In this document: positions 1-9,173 of the stretch, piece by piece | Layout of the letters: every line of letters starts with the position of its first letter | Numbering within the stretch: the first letter of the stretch is position 1 | Assembly: GCA_036506475.1 (NCBI GenBank) | Contig: DASXRR010000329.1 | Span: 388 to 64,387 of the forward strand | Direction: 5' to 3' | Source: Chloroflexota bacterium | GTDB taxonomy: Bacteria; Chloroflexota; UBA6077; CF-72 | DNA: 64,000 bases | Translations under genes and position numbers: made by a program | Notes under the pieces: generated by a model | What the model was told of the DNA's origin: nothing | Databases searched by the model: none | Seen by the model: the letters and a program-made list of their open reading frames with translations, nothing else

Positions 1-1
1 A

Positions 2-430
2 ACGTCAGTTGAAGCGATCGCAGGTGCGGGTCTCAGTGGCGATCGATACAGTGCGGGCATCGGCTTTTATTCGCAACGTCCGACCGATTCTGGCGCTCGC
101 GAGGTGACGCTGATCGAAGCCGAAGTGCTGGATCGACTTCGACAGGAGCACGGAGTCGAGCTTGGCACAACGGAGCACCGTCGCAACCTGACCACGCGCG
201 GGGTGCGCTTACGCGAGCTGCTCGGGAGGCGCTTCCGCATTGGCCAGGTCGTGCTGGAAGGCGTCAAAGACTGTCCACCGTGCGAGCATCTCGAAGGGCT
301 TGTCGGCAAGCCGGTCATGCGGCCGTTGGTCGACAGCGGCGGCTTACGCGCGCGGGTCCTCGTGGGCGGCACCATGCGCGTTGGAGATCCGATCGAAATC
401 GTGTCCGCGGCGGTGCTCGCACACTCGTAG
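2..430 (+). CDS. MOSC domain-containing protein (5' end lies outside the window)
   Basis: The frame stays open back to base 2 (…AGAGLSGDRYSAGIGFY…). Translation has the GLSGDRY motif and the conserved C-terminal Cys context (KDCPPCEHLE). Stop at 428-430. Confidence 0.8.
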   Translation, partial: TSVEAIAGAGLSGDRYSAGIGFYSQRPTDSGAREVTLIEAEVLDRLRQEHGVELGTTEHRRNLTTRGVRLRELLGRRFRIGQVVLEGVKDCPPCEHLEGLVGKPVMRPLVDSGGLRARVLVGGTMRVGDPIEIVSAAVLAHS

Positions 431-563
431 GCCCGCCTGAACACGACTTTCAGACTGGTGAACGTCGAGGCATCCGAAGCGTCGTTCACCCAATCGAGCC
501 ACATTCTTTACAGAATAGGTGATTGCCTCGAGCGGCTTGGACTTCTACGCTTGACAAGCCGAT

Positions 564-2117
564 GTGGACCAGGGGTGGAGGCCCCCGGCGTGGGCGCGCG
601 ACGCCGGTAGCCGTGGTGCTGGCTATCGTGGCGACGTGTTCGTGCGTGACATGGCCACTGGCACGACCGAGCGCGTCTCAGTCGCAAGTGGTGGCGTGCA
701 GGTCATGGACTCGAGCTGGGGCCCGTCGATCAGCGCCGATGGGCGCTGGATTGCGTTTGAGTCCCGGGCTTTCGAGCTCGCGCCAGGCAACCAGAACTCG
801 AACCTGCTGCCTGACGTCTACGTCCACGACCGGCAATCCCACACCACCACGCGCGTGTCCACCGACATGCAAGGCGATTCAGCGGGTGGCAGCCAGCCCT
901 CGATCAGCGCCGACGGGCGGTACGTCGCGTTCGCCTCCAGGGGTGTATTGAAGCCCGAGGATCTCAGCGGCGTGGCCAAGATCTACGTGCGCGACCTGCA
1001 AACGTCGACAACCACGCTCGTATCTGTTTCGACCAGTGGCGTGCCTGGATTCGGGTACGACTCCGGCGCCCCGGCGATCAGTGGCGACAGCCATTTCGTG
1101 GCATTCGCATCCGATCGATCGTGGCTGGTGCCTGGCGGCCGAATAACCGCGGACGTGTATGTGCGCGACCTGGTCACAGGCGTTACCACGCTCGAGTCGG
1201 TTAACAGTGCCGGCGGCCACGCCAATAACAACTCATCGCCGCCGAGCATCAGCGACGACGGTCGTTACGTGGCATTTCACTCGGATGCGACGAACCTCGT
1301 GCCAGGCGACACGAATACGAATCCACTCACCTTTGGGCGCACTTTCGATGTGTTCGTACGCGATCGCGCAACGGGCCAGACCATGATTGCGTCCGTCACG
1401 TGTGACGGCTCGTGGTCGAACGGCGACTCGAAGAATGCACGGCTCAGCCGCGATGGGCGAGCGGTCGCGTTCGCGTCGAAGAGCAGCAATATCGAGGCGA
1501 GTGACACCAACACGCTGAGCGATGTGTTCTTGCGCGTGATGGCCACGCCGCCGCCTGGTCCGACTGCGACTCCGACGCCTGTTGCAGCCGCCACCGCTAC
1601 ACATACTCCGACTGCAACAGCCACCATCGCCACAGCCACGCCGACAGCAATGGCAACTCCCACCCTGACGGCGACCGCGACGGCAACACCAACGCCCACA
1701 CCCAGTGCCACGACGGTGGTCACCTTTGACGAACTGGCCAGCCCGAATCGGGTCCTGAGCGGCGAATTCCCCACCGGCGTCATCGATTGGGGGAGCAACA
1801 GCTGGTATTTGTCCGCCCCGTGGCGCCAGTTCACGACCAACAGCGTCGGGTTCAACGGTGCTGGGCCGACAGCCGCCAATCTGACGTTCGTCACGCCGCG
1901 GCGCCTGGTGCGCCTCGACGCCTACAACGGCGGCTCCGGCGCCAGCACCATCAGCCTCAGTTGCGATGGCCAGTCCACAATCACGTTCGTGCTCACGGCC
2001 GGGCAGTTGCAGACATTGTCGACGAACTGGACCAACGCCTGCCAACGCGTGACCATCGGCAGCTCTAACGGATGGGACACGAACTTCGACACTCTCGTCC
2101 TGGACACCGGAACGTAG
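564..2117 (+). CDS. PD40/TolB-like beta-propeller repeat protein with Pro/Thr/Ala linker and an unknown C-terminal beta-rich domain
   Basis: Five or more repeats of PSIS(A/D)DGR(Y/W)VAF.S … DV(Y/F)V(R/H)D..TG.TT.VS. These are followed by PPPGPTATPTPVAAATATHTPTATATIATATPTAMATPTLTATATATPTPTPSAT and a ~130-aa tail. No signal peptide is visible and the start codon is uncertain (GTG 564). Confidence 0.7.
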   Translation: MDQGWRPPAWARDAGSRGAGYRGDVFVRDMATGTTERVSVASGGVQVMDSSWGPSISADGRWIAFESRAFELAPGNQNSNLLPDVYVHDRQSHTTTRVSTDMQGDSAGGSQPSISADGRYVAFASRGVLKPEDLSGVAKIYVRDLQTSTTTLVSVSTSGVPGFGYDSGAPAISGDSHFVAFASDRSWLVPGGRITADVYVRDLVTGVTTLESVNSAGGHANNNSSPPSISDDGRYVAFHSDATNLVPGDTNTNPLTFGRTFDVFVRDRATGQTMIASVTCDGSWSNGDSKNARLSRDGRAVAFASKSSNIEASDTNTLSDVFLRVMATPPPGPTATPTPVAAATATHTPTATATIATATPTAMATPTLTATATATPTPTPSATTVVTFDELASPNRVLSGEFPTGVIDWGSNSWYLSAPWRQFTTNSVGFNGAGPTAANLTFVTPRRLVRLDAYNGGSGASTISLSCDGQSTITFVLTAGQLQTLSTNWTNACQRVTIGSSNGWDTNFDTLVLDTGT

Positions 2118-2385
2118 CGCAGCCAGGCCGCGCCTGGATGATCAGCTTACCGACGGCGTCTCGTTCGCCGAAACCCGCGACCACGTCAAGAAATCCTCAA
2201 CGACTGGTGGATCAATCGCTACCTGTGGGCCACATGACGGCATCAGCGCTTCTAGGTCCCTGACCCGCGCCCGTCGCTGCCGCAAACGTTCCGCACGAGC
2301 CAAGTCCTGGATCACTTGGCCGGTCCAGCCAGCGATGCTGGGTTCGACCTCCGATGCCTGCCAACGCCGTCGGGGCCGGGCCGCA

Positions 2386-2404
2386 GGTGCACCCCGCGGA
2401 GCGA
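2386..2404. repeat. Dispersed REP-like repeat copy (GGTGCACCCCGCGGAGCGA)
   Basis: Exact 19-nt match to 15705-15723, in an intergenic or non-coding stretch upstream of the FucU-like gene. Confidence 0.6.
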
Positions 2405-2556
2405 GGACTCCCCCGACCCAGATATGCCGCCCGACCCGAATGCGCGGCAATCTGCACCCGAGTAGTCGTTCGTTTGCCTCGGCGACGGTCGTGGTTGCAG
2501 ACGTAGCGCCGGACATGGCCAGGGTGCACACTGTGCGGCATGGTCTGCGCTCGCTC

Positions 2557-3027
2557 ATGCTGAAAGGACTTGATCCGCTCCTGAACGCCGAGATCCTGGC
2601 CGCGCTGCGGTCCATGGGTCACGGCGATGAGCTCGTCGTTTCCGACGCGAATTTCCCGGCTGATTCGATTGCGCGACAGACGGTGCTCGGGCACCTGCTG
2701 CGGATGGATGGCGTCGATGCCCCACGGGCAGTCCGCGCAATTCTGTCGGTTTTGCCGTTGGACAGCTTCGTCGAGCATCCGGCAATGCGGATGGAGGTCG
2801 TGGATGCGCCCGACGAGACTCTGCCAGTCCATCGCGAGGTGCAAGCAGAAATCGAGCGCGCGGAGGGCAAGACCTTGATGCTGGCGGGGATCGAGCGCAT
2901 GTCGTTTTACGAGCGCGCGAAGGGTGCGTACTGCGTGATCGCCACGGGTGAGCGTCGCTTCTATGGCTGCTTCATTCTGAAGAAAGGCGTGATCCCGCCA
3001 GCGGAGGAGCACAGCCGCCATGCCTGA
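2557..3027 (+). CDS. RbsD/FucU family sugar mutarotase (L-fucose mutarotase-like)
   Basis: MLKGLDPLLNAEILAALRSMGHGDELVVSDANFP is the family signature. The ATG at 2557 gives a typical ~156-aa product. The ORF-track start at 2335 adds an implausible Arg/Pro-rich extension. Confidence 0.8.
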   Translation: MLKGLDPLLNAEILAALRSMGHGDELVVSDANFPADSIARQTVLGHLLRMDGVDAPRAVRAILSVLPLDSFVEHPAMRMEVVDAPDETLPVHREVQAEIERAEGKTLMLAGIERMSFYERAKGAYCVIATGERRFYGCFILKKGVIPPAEEHSRHA

Positions 3028-4054
3028 GTCGTTTCGAGTTGGCCTCACGCGCGACTTTCTCAAGCCGAACGGCACGCTGGCCTTTGGGAATATCGGCCTG
3101 GATCTGCTCGACGGTGCGCCAGGCATCACTCGGGAGTTCCTCGAGTCTCACAGCCCGGAGCTTCAGCCCGAACAGATCCGAGGCTTCGACGCGCTCCTGG
3201 TCATGACGCCAAGCGTGACCGCCGCCACATTGGCCGGCGCCGACAGGTTGGTGCTCGTAGCGCGTTTCGGAGTCGGTTACGACAACGTCGACATCGCAGC
3301 CTGCACGCGGGCCGGTGTTCTGGTGACCATCACTCCCGATGGCGTGCGCCGGCCGGTGGCCACGAGCGTGCTGGCGTACATGCTGGCGCTCAGCTTGCGG
3401 ATGTTCGACAAGGATCGGTTGACGCGCGCCGGCCGCTGGGCCGACAAGCTGGACTTCATGGGTACGGGTCTAACGGGCCGTACCCTGGGCATCATCGGTC
3501 TGGGCAACATCGGGCGCGAGATCGTCCGGCTGGCGCGTCCACTGGGCATGCGCCACCTGGCGTTCGACCCCTACCTGTCAGCTGCCGACGACGTGGAATT
3601 GGTCGATCTGGAGACGCTCTTACGCGCATCGGATTTCGTGACGATCAATTGCGCTCTCAGCCCGGAGACCCACCACTTGCTGAATCAACAGCGACTGGCG
3701 CTGATGAAGCCGACTGCGTACCTGATCAACACTGCCCGTGGACCGATCGTCGATCAGCGGGCCCTGACGACGGCGCTGGCTGCTCACCGCCTGGCCGGGG
3801 CTGCGCTCGACGTGTTCGAGACTGAACCTATCGATCCGGACGAGCCCTTGCTGGCGCTCGACAACGTTATCCTCGGGCCCCACGCGATCTGCTGGACCGA
3901 CGAATGCTTTCAGGGCATCGGCGAGAGTGCCTGCCGCGGCATCGTCGACGTCGCTGCCGGCCGCGTGCCGCGCTCGATTGTCGACCGCGCGGCGCTGTCC
4001 CATCCGCGCCTGAGTGCGCGCTTGCTCGAGGCCGAGACGGCAGTGCGCCCGTGA
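3020..4054 (+). CDS. D-isomer-specific 2-hydroxyacid dehydrogenase family, NAD-binding
   Basis: Rossmann motif GIIGLGNIGREIV, plus …LINTARGPIVD… and …DVFETEP…. The ATG overlaps the FucU stop by 8 nt. Confidence 0.85.
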   Translation: MPESFRVGLTRDFLKPNGTLAFGNIGLDLLDGAPGITREFLESHSPELQPEQIRGFDALLVMTPSVTAATLAGADRLVLVARFGVGYDNVDIAACTRAGVLVTITPDGVRRPVATSVLAYMLALSLRMFDKDRLTRAGRWADKLDFMGTGLTGRTLGIIGLGNIGREIVRLARPLGMRHLAFDPYLSAADDVELVDLETLLRASDFVTINCALSPETHHLLNQQRLALMKPTAYLINTARGPIVDQRALTTALAAHRLAGAALDVFETEPIDPDEPLLALDNVILGPHAICWTDECFQGIGESACRGIVDVAAGRVPRSIVDRAALSHPRLSARLLEAETAVRP

Positions 4055-4830
4055 TGGCCAATCGCGTGAAGCGCGTCCTTGCAGAAGGCGGAGTTGCGCT
4101 GGGCACCATGGTGTTCGAATTCGCCACCAGTGGCATCGGGCGGATCATCGCCAGCTGCGGGGCCGACTTCGCGATCTTCGACATGGAGCACAGCGGCTGG
4201 AGTACGGAGACCGTCAAGTCGCTCATTGCTTCGTGCGCTGGAACGGGCCTGGTCCCTATGGCACGCGTGCCGGCTACCGAATACCACCTGATCGCGCGCG
4301 TTCTCGACGTTGGCGCGATGGGCATCATGGTGCCGATGGTTCAAAGTGAGGAGCAGGCTCGCCTTATTGTGCAGTCCGCGAAATATCCGCCACTCGGCCG
4401 GCGGGGCGCCGCATTCGGTGTAGCGCACGACGACTACAGCCAGGGCGACGTCGCCGAGAAGATCCGGACCGCCAATACGGAGGGCCTGTTGATCGCCCTG
4501 ATCGAGACGGTAGGGGGAGTCGAAGCCGTCGAGCGCATCGCCGCGGTCGATGGCATCGACGTTCTCTGGATCGGGCATTTCGACCTGACCAACTCACTCG
4601 GAATTCCGGCGCAATTCCAACATCCTTCTTACCTCGAGGCGGTTGAGCGCGTCCTGGCCGCCTGCCGGAAACACGGCAAAGCCGCGGGCTTCATGGTCGC
4701 CAGCCCTGAAGAGGCCGAGGCCAAACTGGCGCAGGGATTCAGATGTTTAGCGTACTGGGGCGATATCTGGCTGTATCAGCAAGCGCTCACCAGCGGGCTG
4801 GAGCGCACACGTAGCGCCACCAATCGCTGA
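4054..4830 (+). CDS. HpcH/HpaI family aldolase (2-keto-3-deoxy-sugar-acid aldolase-like)
   Basis: MANRVKRVLAEGGVALGTMVFEF…ADFAIFDMEHSGW…PMVQSEEQA… resembles 2,4-dihydroxyhept-2-enedioate or KDR aldolases. ATGA start/stop overlap with the dehydrogenase at 4052-4056. Confidence 0.85.
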   Translation: MANRVKRVLAEGGVALGTMVFEFATSGIGRIIASCGADFAIFDMEHSGWSTETVKSLIASCAGTGLVPMARVPATEYHLIARVLDVGAMGIMVPMVQSEEQARLIVQSAKYPPLGRRGAAFGVAHDDYSQGDVAEKIRTANTEGLLIALIETVGGVEAVERIAAVDGIDVLWIGHFDLTNSLGIPAQFQHPSYLEAVERVLAACRKHGKAAGFMVASPEEAEAKLAQGFRCLAYWGDIWLYQQALTSGLERTRSATNR

Positions 4831-5407
4831 CTCTGGCCGCGGCCGTTCGGGCCAGGTCCGGTGACTGCGTCAGCACCATCTACCGGCGTGGTGACGTGCT
4901 CCCGGTGATCGCCGACTTCCGCACTTAGGGCAGCACGTCCACTGACAAGTCGGACTCGCAAAGCTCCCTGCCCATACTCACGACTACCTCAAGACGTGCA
5001 CTTCATACGCGCGGAGTATGGGCGCATGCACGCTACGTCAGATCGAGGGCCCGGCGATCCATCTGACGGCCGCGCCGCCCGAATCCTGTGCGCCCCGACC
5101 GCCGGTCGCAGCTGCTGCAGGTTCCCGATGGCGCGACCGAACTCACGTTCCGGGTACGTCGGAATGGCCCTGGTGCCGTACACCTGCCCATCGCAGTAGT
5201 AGACGGTTGCGGCACCTGGCAGACCTTCGTGGGGACCGGCGCGGGCGCCTTTTTTGTCAGCCCGGCGGAACTGATTGATTAAACGCCAACCTGAACAGCA
5301 GACCAACTGACGTGCGCCTTTTCTTCGAGCAGCCTGGCGATCCAGTCAGTCGTCGAAGAGTATTTCGGTAAGGAATGTATTTCGGTGGTAGGGGAGGATC
5401 AGCGCCA

Positions 5408-6427
5408 CTAGGGCCGGCTGGCGCTGATCAGGGAGTAGTAGCCGTAGGTATGCGTGACGGTGCAGTTCTCGAAACCCGCCTCGCGCAGCAGCCCGAACAG
5501 CTCGCCCAGTGCGAATTGCTTGCCACGCGTGTTGAGCATCATCACCGAGAACAGGGCCGGCGTCAGTGGGCCATCGGAGTTGTCATTCAGCAGCATCTCG
5601 TGGATATAGACGCGGCCGCCGGGCGGCAGCGCGGTGAAGCTCCGCAGCGCCAGATCGTGGCGACGCTGACGGTCCCAGTCGTGGAAGACATTGCTAAAGA
5701 AGATTGCGTCGTACCCGTCGGGCCAGCGATCGTCGAACATATTGAAGGGGTGCGTATCGACGCGGTCTTCGCACCCGTACCGGCGGATGTAGTTCTGTGT
5801 GTCCGCTGTAACGGATGGCAGGTCGGCCACGGTGCAATGAAGTGTCGGGAGCCGCAACGCCAGAGCGATGGCATAACAGCCCGACCCGCCGCCGACGTCG
5901 AGGAGCCGGTGCACGCCTCGAAAGTCCCCTGCGCGCGCTACGCCGAGGGCAGTTGGGAATGAATGACTGTGAAACCGCCGATTCGCCAGCCGCGCTTCTT
6001 CCGCACTGATGCCGCCGCGCTCCCAACGCAGACTGATGCGATCTTCCGGACCCAGGTTGTCACTCCGCAGCTGGTCGAGGAGGGCCTGGGCGGCCGCGCC
6101 GCCAGTGCCAACGTCACGCAGCATGGGCACCCAGAAGAATGGGCTTCCCGGCAGGAGGTAGGTGCGCGCGACGTCGGTCAGATGGAATCGGCCCTGGCGC
6201 TTGACGACGTAGCCCAATCCGCACAGGACCGCCAGCACCGCTTCCATCGATCTCGTGCCCAGGCCCATCTTGGAGCAGATCGCCTCGAGGTCGGGACTGG
6301 CAGATTGCATGAATTCAAACAAGCCGAGCTCGGCGCCGATCAGCACGATGGGCAACTGGTATTGCGATAGCCAGAGGTCCCAGATTGCACGGTCGTCGAC
6401 CGTCGGAGGCTCGATGCTCACCTGCAT
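5408..6427 (-). CDS. Class I SAM-dependent O-methyltransferase (family 2, with N-terminal dimerisation/winged-helix domain)
   Basis: SAM motif LLDVGGGSGCYAIALA with a downstream acidic and aromatic pattern (…VADLP…, …FFSNVFHDW…). 339 aa, typical length. Confidence 0.85.
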   Translation of the reverse strand: MQVSIEPPTVDDRAIWDLWLSQYQLPIVLIGAELGLFEFMQSASPDLEAICSKMGLGTRSMEAVLAVLCGLGYVVKRQGRFHLTDVARTYLLPGSPFFWVPMLRDVGTGGAAAQALLDQLRSDNLGPEDRISLRWERGGISAEEARLANRRFHSHSFPTALGVARAGDFRGVHRLLDVGGGSGCYAIALALRLPTLHCTVADLPSVTADTQNYIRRYGCEDRVDTHPFNMFDDRWPDGYDAIFFSNVFHDWDRQRRHDLALRSFTALPPGGRVYIHEMLLNDNSDGPLTPALFSVMMLNTRGKQFALGELFGLLREAGFENCTVTHTYGYYSLISASRP

Positions 6428-6689
6428 GGGAGGATACCGGCGGCCGCGAGCTGTGCCGAGGTCGATGCCAGCTGATACTCGAGGGCCGGCCCACTGTTAT
6501 GCTGGACAATGTCTGGTACCGGGTGCAGCTGCCTGGTAACGCAGCGGTCATGTCGTATCCGCACCGAAATGTGCAGCCATCCAGTGCCGCGATTCGTCTC
6601 CACAACGGACCGTGGCACACTCGAGCATACGGCCGCCTGGTCGTGGTCCCTCGGTCGACGGCTAGCGGCGATGGAGTGGAAGGAGACTC

Positions 6690-8231
6690 ATGCGTCCGCG
6701 ATCTGCAATGCTGACGCGGCGGTCGATGCTGACGACCGTCCTAAGTACGACGGGTGCCCTGCTGGCAGCCTGCTCAGCACCGTCGACGCCGCCCGTGCCG
6801 GCGACCCCGGCCGCCGCCGCCAAGCCGACCGCGGCGCCGCAACCTGCCGCGACTACGGCTCCAGCGGCAGCCAAGCCGACCGAAGCGGCCGCACCCGCGG
6901 CGACCACAGCTGCCGCTGCAGCGCCAACCCCGGCCGCGGCCGTGAAACCGGCGACCACGCCCGTCATCACGGGCAACTACGAAGTCACGTTCTTGACCAC
7001 CCAGACCAATGCGGCGGACGTGGCCATCTACGAGCAGTTGGCCGCTCGGTTCAAGGAGCTGAATCCGAACCTGTCGGTCAAGGTCACGGCCGAGTCGGGC
7101 ACGAACATCGACCAGAAGTTGCTCACGTACATCACGGCGGGCACGCTGCCGGACATCGTTCAAACGAGCGACAACTTCGCCAAGCCCTACAAGGACAACG
7201 GGGTCACCCAGAACATGATCCCGCTCGCCGAGAAATACGGCTTCCCGTGGAAGGACTTCGACCCGACATTCCTCAACCTGGGCATCGTCGACGGCGAGCT
7301 GCACATGCTGCCCAAGCAGGGTGATGTCATCATCCCGTACATCAACCTGAGAATGGCGAAGGAGGCAGGCGTGACCCCGCCGCTGGACTTCGACCCGGCC
7401 AAGGATGCGAATGGTTGGACGTGGGCCGAGTTCGAGACGATGTACAAGCGCCTGACGGTCGACCAGAGCGGCAAGCGCGGTGACGAGCCCGGGTTCAATA
7501 AGGAAAATGTCGCGGTCTATGGCGCGGCAATGAACGCCGACCAGTGGTACATCTATGTGCCGATGGTGCTGGCCGAAGGCGGCCAGTTCGTCTCCGAGGA
7601 CAATTCGAAGTCGATGCTGAACTCACCGGCTGGTATCTCCGCGTTCCGCAAGCTGACCCAGCCGATGATCGACGGCTATTGGGCACCGCTGACCCTGATC
7701 CAGACGATGAACAACCAGGCCGGCAACGTGTTCGCGTCTGGCCAGGCCGCCATCTCATTGATGCAGCGGCTCTGGTGCACGACGCTGCGCGCGAACCTGA
7801 CCGACGATTTCGACGTGATGCACTTCCCGAAGGGACCAGCCAGGCGGGTGGCCGGCATGGGCACGTTCGGCTTCGCGCTGTCGGCCAAGGCCAAGAACCC
7901 GGACGCGGCCTGGGCGTTCCTGCAGTTCATGTACGGCGAGGAGGGCATGCGCATCATCACCTCGTCCTACAGCTCGGTACCGGCAATGCAGCGCTTCTAC
8001 AACAGCCCATTCTGGCGTGACTTGCCCGGCCCGCCTCACCACAACAGCGTCTTCGTCGATGCCTTTCAGTACGGCACCACACCGCCGCGGATCCCCTTCT
8101 ACTCGACCGGGCCTTTCCGCCAGGCGGTCACGGACGGCATCGTCGCAATCGTGCTCGGCAAGGGGAGCGTCGAGGAGGTCGTGGCTAATGTTGACAAGGA
8201 GCTGAACACCATCCTTCAGGCGCGGCGGTAA
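6690..8231 (+). CDS. ABC transporter substrate-binding lipoprotein (CUT1 sugar family)
   Basis: SD GGAAGGAG lies 5 nt upstream of the ATG. Signal and lipobox …TGALLAAC, a long Ala/Pro/Thr linker, then an SBP_bac_1-like body. Two permease genes follow. Confidence 0.9.
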   Translation: MRPRSAMLTRRSMLTTVLSTTGALLAACSAPSTPPVPATPAAAAKPTAAPQPAATTAPAAAKPTEAAAPAATTAAAAAPTPAAAVKPATTPVITGNYEVTFLTTQTNAADVAIYEQLAARFKELNPNLSVKVTAESGTNIDQKLLTYITAGTLPDIVQTSDNFAKPYKDNGVTQNMIPLAEKYGFPWKDFDPTFLNLGIVDGELHMLPKQGDVIIPYINLRMAKEAGVTPPLDFDPAKDANGWTWAEFETMYKRLTVDQSGKRGDEPGFNKENVAVYGAAMNADQWYIYVPMVLAEGGQFVSEDNSKSMLNSPAGISAFRKLTQPMIDGYWAPLTLIQTMNNQAGNVFASGQAAISLMQRLWCTTLRANLTDDFDVMHFPKGPARRVAGMGTFGFALSAKAKNPDAAWAFLQFMYGEEGMRIITSSYSSVPAMQRFYNSPFWRDLPGPPHHNSVFVDAFQYGTTPPRIPFYSTGPFRQAVTDGIVAIVLGKGSVEEVVANVDKELNTILQARR

Positions 8232-8234
8232 CTC

Positions 8235-9173
8235 ATGAGCGTCAGCGTCACTGAGGCAGGGCAGACGCGCGTCGCGCGGTCGGCCACGCGACGGCGCATC
8301 CGCCGCGACTGGGCCTGGGCGCTGCTCTTCCTGGGGCCGAATGTTGTGCTCTTCCTGTCGTTTACCTTCGTCCCGATCCTGTTCGGGTTCGGCGTCAGCT
8401 TCTTCCGCTGGACGATGATTGAGCCGCCGGTCTTCGTCGGTCTCGACAACTACACCTACTTTCTGTATGGCGATCCGCTCGCGGCGAAGGTGGTGCGCAA
8501 CTCGCTGATCTACACGCTGGGCGCGCTGCCGGCGTCGGTCCTACTGCCGCTCGCTCTGGCGTTCCTCCTCAATACGGGGCTGCGCGGCACCAGCTTCTTC
8601 CGCAGCCTCTACTTCCTGCCGCTGGTCACGTCGGCCGTCGCCACAGCCACCATCTTCAAGTGGATCTATGGTCGCCAGGCCGGTCCCATCAACCAGCTCA
8701 CGGGCCTCTTCGGACTGCCGCGCCAGGATTGGCTGTTCGACGAGCGGCTGGTACTGCCCGCCTTGATCATCGCTACGATCTGGCATCGCGTGCCGCTGAA
8801 CATCATTTTCTACCTGGCGGCGCTGCAGACCGTCCCGCGCAACCTGTACGAAGCGGCCGCGATCGACGGCGCCAACCGCTGGCAGCAGTTCCGCCACATC
8901 ACCTGGCCGCTGGTGACTCCAACAACCTTCTTCGTCCTGATTATCACGACGATCAGTCTGCTGATCGGCGCCTTCGACATGGTCAATGTGATGACCTCAG
9001 GTCAGGGCGGTCCGCTCGACGCCTCAAACGTGTTTGTGTTCAACATCTACCGGACCGCCTTCACCTACTTCCAGATGGGCTATGCCTCGGCGATGGCGTA
9101 CATCCTGTTCCTGGTCGTGCTCACGTTTACGGCCATTCAGTGGTGGCTCCAGAAGCGGTGGGTGCATTACTGA
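8235..9173 (+). CDS. Carbohydrate ABC transporter permease (MalF/UgpA-like)
   Basis: Six-TM pattern and an EAA-like loop (…LYEAAAIDGANRWQQFRHITWPL…). Confidence 0.9.
   Translation: MSVSVTEAGQTRVARSATRRRIRRDWAWALLFLGPNVVLFLSFTFVPILFGFGVSFFRWTMIEPPVFVGLDNYTYFLYGDPLAAKVVRNSLIYTLGALPASVLLPLALAFLLNTGLRGTSFFRSLYFLPLVTSAVATATIFKWIYGRQAGPINQLTGLFGLPRQDWLFDERLVLPALIIATIWHRVPLNIIFYLAALQTVPRNLYEAAAIDGANRWQQFRHITWPLVTPTTFFVLIITTISLLIGAFDMVNVMTSGQGGPLDASNVFVFNIYRTAFTYFQMGYASAMAYILFLVVLTFTAIQWWLQKRWVHY

Noticed and set aside
523-951. ORF 523-951 with a signal-peptide-like start, possibly a frameshifted N-terminus of the PD40 protein.
   Set aside because: The hydrophobic stretch is encoded by the same nucleotides that encode the conserved GDVFVRD repeat motif in the other frame. 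Most of it is therefore likely coincidental, and I cannot support a frameshift from sequence alone.
2335-2360. GGTTCGACC string resembling a tRNA T-arm.
   Set aside because: The flanking bases do not pair into a T-stem, and no acceptor, D or anticodon arms can be drawn. No tRNA is supported anywhere in the window.
2142-2615. 157-aa minus-strand ORF upstream of FucU (…AGWTGQVIQDLARAERLRQRRARVRDLEALMP…IDPPVVEDFLTW…).
   Set aside because: Its 5' part overlaps the FucU start and the REP-like repeat. Only a short helical stretch looks protein-like, and no recognisable toxin-antitoxin or transposase motif is present.
4989-5306. 105-aa minus-strand ORF (…PGAATVYYCDGQVYGTRAIPTYPEREFGRAIGNLQQL…) in the 580-bp gap between the aldolase and the methyltransferase.
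   Set aside because: Part of the translation looks protein-like, but there is no family signature, no SD, and competing ORFs exist on both strands. It is left unannotated and could be a remnant.
6514-6527. TGGTAC-N4-TGCA, sigma-54-like, upstream of the first SBP gene.
   Set aside because: The GG-to-GC spacing is two nucleotides too short for the -24/-12 consensus, and no enhancer-binding protein gene is nearby.
8660-9172. N-terminal extensions given by the ORF track. Examples: 8660 for the second permease, 23547-25103 for the MalF-like permease, 2335 for FucU, 3904 for the aldolase, 26925 for the LLM, 55838 for the desaturase, 57165 for the HMGR-like gene, 52227 for MlrC.
   Set aside because: The extensions run through the preceding gene or give compositionally implausible leaders. 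Internal starts with an SD or ATGA/overlap coupling reproduce normal family lengths.
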